Positions 57,431-64,000 of a stretch of DNA of 64,000 bases are shown one piece after another (the first letter of the stretch is position 1; every line of letters begins with the position of its first letter). The DNA lies in assembly GCA_041671225.1 (NCBI GenBank), contig JBAZBY010000001.1, positions 763,454 to 827,453 of the forward strand. Reading direction: 5' to 3'. Source of the DNA: Patescibacteria group bacterium. GTDB lineage: Bacteria; Patescibacteriota; Patescibacteriia; JBAZBY01. The translations under genes were made by a program, and so were the position numbers. The notes under the pieces were generated by a model. That model searched no databases. It was not told the DNA's origin and was given only the letters and a program-made list of their open reading frames with translations.

Positions 57431-58843
57431 GTGCCAAAGGGATTTGATACTTCGCGTCCGTTAACACCGCAGCTGTTTTATCAGTATCTGCAGTGTCCAC
57501 ATTGGATCTGGTTTGACCACTATGGTGACCAGAGCAAAAAGAAGGAGCTCTCTGCATTGCAACAGAAGCTTCTTGAGCGCGGCGTTATGCATGAAGAAAA
57601 GTACATGAAGGATCAGGATGTTATTGAGGTTCGCGAAAAAAATATTACAGAAGCAGCCGAGAAAACGCTCGCACTCATGAAAAAAGGGGTTCCGCGTATC
57701 TATCAAGGAGCGCTCATTTCCGGCAGGTGGCGCGGAAGGCCTGATATACTCGAAAAGAAAGAAGGGAGTTCCTCTTTTGGTGATTACCACTATATTCCCA
57801 TAGATATTAAATCCTCACACGATATACATACCGCGCAGCAACTGCAACTCGTTTTTTATGCTCTGCTTCTTGAGGACGTGCAGGGGTTGAGGCCCCCAAA
57901 AGCCGGGATCATTAACATTGATCACAAAACGATTCTTTTTGATGTCTCTATAGGACTCAAGCGCCTTTCTGCGGTGCTCGAAGGGATCTATGAGCTTCTT
58001 GATGGCAAGAAGCCGGATCCGTATCTCACGCGGCAGTGTTCTGAAACCCCATGGTTTGGCGAGTGCAAGCGTACTGCAGAAGAAAAGAATGACATCGCCT
58101 TGATCTATAATATCAAAAAGCCCGCCATGCAGGCGCTCAGAAAACATAAAATCAAGACAGTTGCTGATGCGGCATGGATGGATCCAGATGAGCTCACTCA
58201 CATTGCACCGGGACTCACCAAGCGCGAGTTGGAACGTATTAAGCGCCAGGCAACCTCGCTCATGAAGCAAGAGATGATCGTGAAGCATCCTGCAAAGCTG
58301 CCGGCCGCTACGACATATATCTATTTTGACATTGAGGGTGACCCGTTCTATGCCATGGAATATTTGTTTGGTTTTTTGATGGAGGTCGATGGAAAGGAAA
58401 AATACACCGCCTTTATTGCTGAACGCCCCGAGGATGAGGAAAAAATGTGGAAGGAGTTTCTTGAATGGATCCCGACATTACCAAAGGACTATCTTGTGTA
58501 TCATTACGCGAGTTATGAAAAAAGTCGCCTGACGATGTTTGAAAAAAAATACGGCGGGGGAGAAGGCCTTGCGGAATTCAAGGAGCGCCTTGTTGATCTT
58601 GCGATCGTCATACGGGATAGCGTCGTGCTGCCGCTGTATTTTTATGGCCTTAAAGATATTGCCAAGCACCTTGGATTCACATGGTCACACTCTCAGGCAG
58701 GCGGGGCGCAGTCGATTGCGTGGTATGAGCAATGGCTTGAAACAGGGGATCGCAAGATCCTCGATACGATCATCGAATACAACAAAGACGACGTGGTGGC
58801 CACCAGGTTCCTCAAGGAATGGATTGAGGGAATAAAAAAGTAG
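57431..58843 (+). CDS. TM0106-family RecB-like nuclease with RNase H-like domain
   Basis: GRPD..DIK, QL.FY, YFDIEGD, YHYA.YE, YNKDDV. Confidence 0.88.
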   Translation: MPKGFDTSRPLTPQLFYQYLQCPHWIWFDHYGDQSKKKELSALQQKLLERGVMHEEKYMKDQDVIEVREKNITEAAEKTLALMKKGVPRIYQGALISGRWRGRPDILEKKEGSSSFGDYHYIPIDIKSSHDIHTAQQLQLVFYALLLEDVQGLRPPKAGIINIDHKTILFDVSIGLKRLSAVLEGIYELLDGKKPDPYLTRQCSETPWFGECKRTAEEKNDIALIYNIKKPAMQALRKHKIKTVADAAWMDPDELTHIAPGLTKRELERIKRQATSLMKQEMIVKHPAKLPAATTYIYFDIEGDPFYAMEYLFGFLMEVDGKEKYTAFIAERPEDEEKMWKEFLEWIPTLPKDYLVYHYASYEKSRLTMFEKKYGGGEGLAEFKERLVDLAIVIRDSVVLPLYFYGLKDIAKHLGFTWSHSQAGGAQSIAWYEQWLETGDRKILDTIIEYNKDDVVATRFLKEWIEGIKK

Positions 58844-60682
58844 CTATTCCACAATGCGCCAGGATCCCGGCTTGATGGTGAGTGATGCGCCTGGGCCTGA
58901 AACAAAATTCGCGTTTACCAGACCACTGTGATACGTCACAATGGCATTGTTTGAGAGAAAAAGCTTATATGCAACAGCTTCATTAACTCCGGCATTATTA
59001 TTCATGCGGATCGTGCCGTTTGCAGCATATACGATCACACCTTGTGAATTATTTGAAATATCTACTGATGGATTTGCAGTATCCTGTGATGTGTCTGTGG
59101 TAACCATCATGAGGAAACTATAATTACCGGGATTTACCGGATCTTCTGCGTAACAGATATTTGAACCATTATCATAGTATGATCCGCATAATATCGCGTT
59201 GTTATTAAAAATGATCTTTCCATCGTTGACTATCACGCCACTCGTTGCGTTATACCCCGGCGAAAGGTAAACCTCAGCACCAATGTTTAGCGTGATATTG
59301 CCGTGCACATAAAGTGAACCCGTGATTTCAAGCTCAACGCTGCCATTAACAATAAGATTACCTGTTATTTCTTTTGGGCCGATTGATCCATTGGCACTAA
59401 TAATAACATCCCCCGTTGTTGTTCCACCAAGTTGTGCATCCGCTTTCCAATCAGCAATAGTGCCATCAGAGATAGGCATCTGGCCAGGAGATTGAGGAAT
59501 ACTCCCAGGATGCGCGTTTCGGCCATACGTTGAACCTGTCAACCCTCCATCATAATACACATCACACTCAACGGTTGAGTTGGTTATTTGTTGTGCGTAG
59601 GCATCGCCGTGGTGGGTCGCGTAATGGGCATCATCACAAATATGCGTAATATCCCCAACAACAACGCCACTGAGTGATGTTGAAACGCTGCCCATATATG
59701 TTTTGAAGTTATAGTCGCGTACGCTGTTTATCCATGAACTTGTACCATTATTGTAATGCATACCAATCCCATTGCCGTATCCCGAGTTGTCATGCGAACC
59801 AGAAACCCAATAACGAGATGAATTAATAGCCTGCGGCTCAACAATGATCCAATACGTGAATCCACTCGTGAGTGTTGGGTTTGGGGAAAGCGCAACTTCT
59901 ATCCACGCAAGGGATCCTGTGCCTGCTGCACTTGACAATAATGTGCCCGTCGCAAGATTCACAGAGCCGGGTACGCCGCCATTGTCAGCAACAATGCGCA
60001 CTGTTGCGTTGCTTGTATTGTTATGTGTTTTGCGCACAAATAATTCCACCTTATTGATGGTATCCGTTACTGTCGGTTCAAAGCTTTGTGCAATGCGTGC
60101 TTGTGATGCATTATTACCAAAATTAAATGTGCCGCTTTGGGTCGTGACGGTCGCATCAGCGAGTAAACTTGTGCCGCTTGCAACAATAGCATCACCCGTG
60201 ATGCGTGAACCGCTGCCACCAGAAATACTGCCGTTAGAAAAAACATTGCCATCAACCATAGCGTTGTTTTGCAGTATAAGTCCGCCGTCACCAACCTGCA
60301 CCCCATAATTGAATGAAACATCGCTTGAACTTGTTGCAACAGTAACTTCGATCACCTTCGTCTCCTTGGTGTTCACTTTATCCGGATAGTATGCCGTACT
60401 TGTCACAGTCGTCTCACCGCTTCCAGAAGAAACCGCAATATCCATAACACCATCCCCAAAAGGAACATCCATCTCGCCGCCATAACCAGGATCTGTGTTG
60501 AGTTTATCAATAGCATATTCAATGCCCGCTTCAGCCACTTCACGTGTTTCTGCAGCGCGCTCTTGGTGCCGTACTGTATTATTTCCAAAAGCGATTTTTG
60601 AGAGCAACACGGCAGTAGTGGCGATCACCACTGCGAGGATCAGTGTTGCGATGATGAGAACTTGTCCTTTTTGTGTGAACAT
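58844..60682 (-). CDS. PilX-like type IV pilus assembly protein
   Basis: QKGQVLI N-terminal, AEAGIEYA, C-terminal PGSW. Confidence 0.78.
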   Translation of the reverse strand: MFTQKGQVLIIATLILAVVIATTAVLLSKIAFGNNTVRHQERAAETREVAEAGIEYAIDKLNTDPGYGGEMDVPFGDGVMDIAVSSGSGETTVTSTAYYPDKVNTKETKVIEVTVATSSSDVSFNYGVQVGDGGLILQNNAMVDGNVFSNGSISGGSGSRITGDAIVASGTSLLADATVTTQSGTFNFGNNASQARIAQSFEPTVTDTINKVELFVRKTHNNTSNATVRIVADNGGVPGSVNLATGTLLSSAAGTGSLAWIEVALSPNPTLTSGFTYWIIVEPQAINSSRYWVSGSHDNSGYGNGIGMHYNNGTSSWINSVRDYNFKTYMGSVSTSLSGVVVGDITHICDDAHYATHHGDAYAQQITNSTVECDVYYDGGLTGSTYGRNAHPGSIPQSPGQMPISDGTIADWKADAQLGGTTTGDVIISANGSIGPKEITGNLIVNGSVELEITGSLYVHGNITLNIGAEVYLSPGYNATSGVIVNDGKIIFNNNAILCGSYYDNGSNICYAEDPVNPGNYSFLMMVTTDTSQDTANPSVDISNNSQGVIVYAANGTIRMNNNAGVNEAVAYKLFLSNNAIVTYHSGLVNANFVSGPGASLTIKPGSWRIVE

Positions 60683-60683
60683 A

Positions 60684-61250
60684 TTAATTACGGAGAGAAA
60701 TAGTGCGTTGCAAGGTTACTTGAATTGGATGATTCGCAACTACGCGTTCTGCGATCAAAATAATAGAAACAGCATCAGCATCGCCAGGGAGTTTTTCATT
60801 ATAGGTTATGATGAGCTTTTCGATATCAAGGGAAAGCACTCTTGTATGCGTCGTTCGTCCAACATCATGCGCTTCAAGCTCCTCAAGAAGCTTCGTACCA
60901 TCCAGGCGATACCCAATGTAATCCTGGCTGCTGAAGTTCACCGCGTCAGTATTTGTTACTGACTGCATTGTAAGGGCGAGCATATCATCATCTGAAACAA
61001 ACACCGTGCCGTTGATCGTTTGCGACGCAAGAATTTCACGCGAGGATTGAACGCGCTCCGCAATCGCGTTCATTGCGACAGTTGTTTCGACATAGAGCTC
61101 AACACGAGAAGCCTCACGGTTATAGATGCGCTGAAAGGCGACATAGAGTGATGTTAGCAATCCCATGCTCAGTGTGATAACAAAAATAACAACCAGAACC
61201 TCCGTGAGAGTAAAACCGTCTTGGTGTCTTTTTTTATTTGGCAGTGCCAT
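60684..61250 (-). CDS. Prepilin-type minor pilin
   Basis: DGFTLTEVLV motif; ends LRN. Confidence 0.85.
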   Translation of the reverse strand: MALPNKKRHQDGFTLTEVLVVIFVITLSMGLLTSLYVAFQRIYNREASRVELYVETTVAMNAIAERVQSSREILASQTINGTVFVSDDDMLALTMQSVTNTDAVNFSSQDYIGYRLDGTKLLEELEAHDVGRTTHTRVLSLDIEKLIITYNEKLPGDADAVSIILIAERVVANHPIQVTLQRTISLRN

Positions 61251-62316
61251 AACGGCTGATAATGGTTTGAAGTGAAACTGATTGCAAACCCCCGACACCT
61301 TCGTATTGTACTGTTGCAACTATTTGTTTAAGGTCTGGATTGCCGGCATGTTCAGTAATAGTAAGCTCAGCGTTGTCATTCGCAATAGCAGGAGTCGTAT
61401 TGGGCAGGTCATTAATGCCAAAGCGTCCCCAGCCTGCTGCAACAGCACCAATTGTTTCTCCTGTATCAAAATCCCATGTGCGATTCCATGACGGTTCAGC
61501 CGGAGGGATATTGCTTGTATCAGTCGCAATATGAATATCATCAAAGTATGCGTGTGCAGCATTCTGTGTTGTGAGTACAATATGCCCCTTCGGTATGGTA
61601 TCTTCTGTTGTCGTAAAAATAGTCGATCCTGCGAGTGAGATGCTGAGGTTATTGGAGACATCATCCGTAAACCGAACACGAAGCGTATGCCATGTATCCT
61701 GTTGTATCGTTGGTGTTGCGGAGTAAAGAGTGCTGTTGCTGATTATCCCTGTAGTATCAGTACTGCGTCGTGTAAGCGTGATACGATCATCGCCAAGCGC
61801 AAGAAGGTAGTAATTATTTTCATCTTGATAGCGGAAATAAAATCCAGCTTCCCAGTCCGAGCGAACAGAATCTGAAAGAACGCGTACCTTTGCTTCTGCG
61901 GTAAAGGTTGAAAGGGTGGCTTCAAAATTTGTTGCTGAGGGTACCACGGCATTACCGGTAACCCCAGCGGTTCCTACGCCTGATTCTCGTGCGGCATACA
62001 CTGCAGATCCGGATGCGGCGTCTGTGGTGCTTGTAACATCCCAAATACCAAAAGGGTACGCCACATTCATGAATGCGGCAGGGGATGCGTCATCCCGATC
62101 AGCAAACGCAGCGAACCCAAGATCGCGCAGCGCCTCCAACTCTTCAAGTGCGAGATTATATGCTGCGGCACGGTGTTTCACCTGAGAATTAAGCGTGATA
62201 TAGCTAGAAAGAGCGCCAAAAGCAAGAATAGCAACGCCAATAACAAAGAGCGCCAAAAGCGTCTCAATAAGCGTTACCCCTTTTTGCTGATGTGTGCTGC
62301 GTAAGCGTTCCCCCAT
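61234..62316 (-). CDS. Prepilin-type minor pilin with inserted lectin-like beta-sandwich
   Basis: KGVTLIETLL motif; GFYFRYQDENNYY, WHTLRV, YFDDI. Confidence 0.82.
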   Translation of the reverse strand: MGERLRSTHQQKGVTLIETLLALFVIGVAILAFGALSSYITLNSQVKHRAAAYNLALEELEALRDLGFAAFADRDDASPAAFMNVAYPFGIWDVTSTTDAASGSAVYAARESGVGTAGVTGNAVVPSATNFEATLSTFTAEAKVRVLSDSVRSDWEAGFYFRYQDENNYYLLALGDDRITLTRRSTDTTGIISNSTLYSATPTIQQDTWHTLRVRFTDDVSNNLSISLAGSTIFTTTEDTIPKGHIVLTTQNAAHAYFDDIHIATDTSNIPPAEPSWNRTWDFDTGETIGAVAAGWGRFGINDLPNTTPAIANDNAELTITEHAGNPDLKQIVATVQYEGVGGLQSVSLQTIISRYGTAK

Positions 62317-62372
62317 AACGCATACTATACCTCATTGTTTGGCTTGTTTCCAGCTGTTATACTCGCACATAC

Positions 62373-63257
62373 ATGAAACGCAACCCAAGTCAGTACACAA
62401 TTTTTCAGAAGCGCATCCGTCGCTGGTTTAAAGCACATCAGCGCGATTTGCCATGGAGAAAAACGCGCAATCCTTACCAGATCACTGTTTCTGAATTCAT
62501 GTTACAGCAAACGCAGGTTGATCGGGTTATTCCCAAATATCGATCCTTTCTCCATACATTCCCAAACTGGGCAACGCTTGCGAATGCGCCGCTGCATTCA
62601 GTATTCAAAGAATGGTCAGGCCTTGGTTACAATCGCCGCGCAAAGCACCTTCATCAGCTTGCGCAAATCGTTCAACAAGAATGGAATGGCGTCCTTCCCA
62701 AAAGTATTTCACAGCTTCAGCAACTTCCAGGCATTGGGCCATACACCGCACGGGCGATAGCCGTCTTTGCATTTGGGGCGCATGAAGCGCCGCGTGATAC
62801 GAATATTGAGCGTGTTACTCGCCGCTATTTCTACGGCGAGCGCGCTGTTTTAAAAACGACACTTGAAGATGCGGCTCAAAACGCACTCCCGGCGCGTGAC
62901 GCGTACTGGTGGAACCATGCACTGATGGATTTTGGCGCGCTTGTATGCACGGCGCGCAGGCCCTCCTGCATGACGTGCCCATTACGATCCACCTGCAAAG
63001 CCGCACCGCATTTTTTACGCGGCAATAGTGCAACAGTCAGCAAGCGCCCTCAGGAATCGTTTGGGCGATCTCTGCGCCAGCTGCGAGGATTGCTCGTGAA
63101 GGAACTTGTTCAACTGGGTCCGCAGCAAAGAAACCAGCTGATACATGCCGTCTTGAGGCAAACAACGCAAAACAAGGAGCGAATTCTGCGCGCACTCCAG
63201 GATTTGACGCAGGAGGGGATAGTACGCGCGAAGGGTGGCATCGTAGAGATCGCGTAG
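62373..63257 (+). CDS. mutY: A/G-specific adenine glycosylase
   Basis: RDLPWR, VSEFMLQQTQV, WSGLGY, LPGIGPYTA, C-x6-C-x2-C-x5-C. Confidence 0.93.
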   Translation: MKRNPSQYTIFQKRIRRWFKAHQRDLPWRKTRNPYQITVSEFMLQQTQVDRVIPKYRSFLHTFPNWATLANAPLHSVFKEWSGLGYNRRAKHLHQLAQIVQQEWNGVLPKSISQLQQLPGIGPYTARAIAVFAFGAHEAPRDTNIERVTRRYFYGERAVLKTTLEDAAQNALPARDAYWWNHALMDFGALVCTARRPSCMTCPLRSTCKAAPHFLRGNSATVSKRPQESFGRSLRQLRGLLVKELVQLGPQQRNQLIHAVLRQTTQNKERILRALQDLTQEGIVRAKGGIVEIA

Positions 63258-63308
63258 GTTGCACCTCGCGTAAAAAATGGTATAGTAAAATTGGTTTGTT
63301 ACTCATAT

Positions 63309-64000
63309 ATGCATCGCGAACTTAGCATCCACAATGTTACGTGGCACTATATAGAAAAGACCTCTGCCAAGGATATTCAATATCTGGCAGAGCATTTTAA
63401 GTTCCACCCGCTGGATCTTCAAGACTGTTATGACGTATCACAACGCCCAAAGATCGATACGTATCCCAGTTACCTTTTTCTTGTTTTTCATTTTCCTTAC
63501 TACGATCAAAAGTATCGAAGAATTCGCGCGCATGAGCTGAATGTTTTTGTGGGAAAGGGATACGTGATTACGCTCTCACATGAACCCATTCCACTTCTTG
63601 CAGAATACTTCCAGGAAGTACAGGAAAAGAGTGCAAAAAAACCAAAACATGACAAGTTGAAAAACACATCCGGGTACATGCTCTATAAAATTTTGGATCT
63701 GCTCTTTGGAAACACAGCTCGCCTCCTTGATACAATGAGTCAGTTGATCATTGATGTAGAGGAAGAAGTATATTCGGATAACACGAAGCATGCGGCGAAG
63801 GACCTCGGCATTATCCGCCGTAACATAATGAATCTGCGCCGCCATACGCAGCCGCAGGTGCGCATGCTCGGGCAGTTGGTGGCACTCCGAACAACATTCA
63901 TGCCCCATACGCTTTCTGTGTACTTTGACGACGTTCACGATAATCTTGAACGCATGTGGTCAAGTATCGAGACGTATCGTGAAAATATTGATGGACTCCA
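63309..64000 (+). CDS. corA: CorA-family Mg2+/Co2+ transporter, 3'-truncated
   Basis: FHPLDLQDC..QRPKID N-terminal motif; runs off window. Confidence 0.8.
   Translation, partial: MHRELSIHNVTWHYIEKTSAKDIQYLAEHFKFHPLDLQDCYDVSQRPKIDTYPSYLFLVFHFPYYDQKYRRIRAHELNVFVGKGYVITLSHEPIPLLAEYFQEVQEKSAKKPKHDKLKNTSGYMLYKILDLLFGNTARLLDTMSQLIIDVEEEVYSDNTKHAAKDLGIIRRNIMNLRRHTQPQVRMLGQLVALRTTFMPHTLSVYFDDVHDNLERMWSSIETYRENIDGL

Overview
64 kb of a bacterial chromosome with hallmarks of a Patescibacteria/CPR-type genome: many small orphan ORFs, type IV pilin-like genes, ftsEX, typA, transketolase, malQ and mutY. The taxonomic call is inference only. The most striking feature is a ~7.1 kb element (4989-12132) inserted at the CCA end of a tRNA-Gln(UUG) gene. 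It encodes a large serine recombinase plus a defence cargo (XRE regulator, EcoRI-family adenine methyltransferase, DUF262-HNH nuclease, RloC-like ABC-ATPase). Internally, in inverted orientation, it carries a ~380-nt copy of its own predicted attP junction. One arm is a perfect 189-bp inverted repeat around the cargo. The other arm is complementary to the 3' end of the recombinase gene, with hairpins inserted or swapped so that a single strand could fold into a two-loop dumbbell with multi-way junctions. The attachment core lies inside the recombinase ORF, so integration, excision or inversion would change the enzyme's C-terminus. Other notable items: a cassette-like region (17.8-29.7 kb) with REP-like palindromes and stereotyped promoters placed exactly 6 nt before start codons, pervasive leaderless-gene architecture, a second AT-rich defence cluster, two secreted proteins with diderm-type C-terminal sorting tails, a tandem SET-domain protein and a C2H2-like microprotein. 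No CRISPR array or rRNA was seen.
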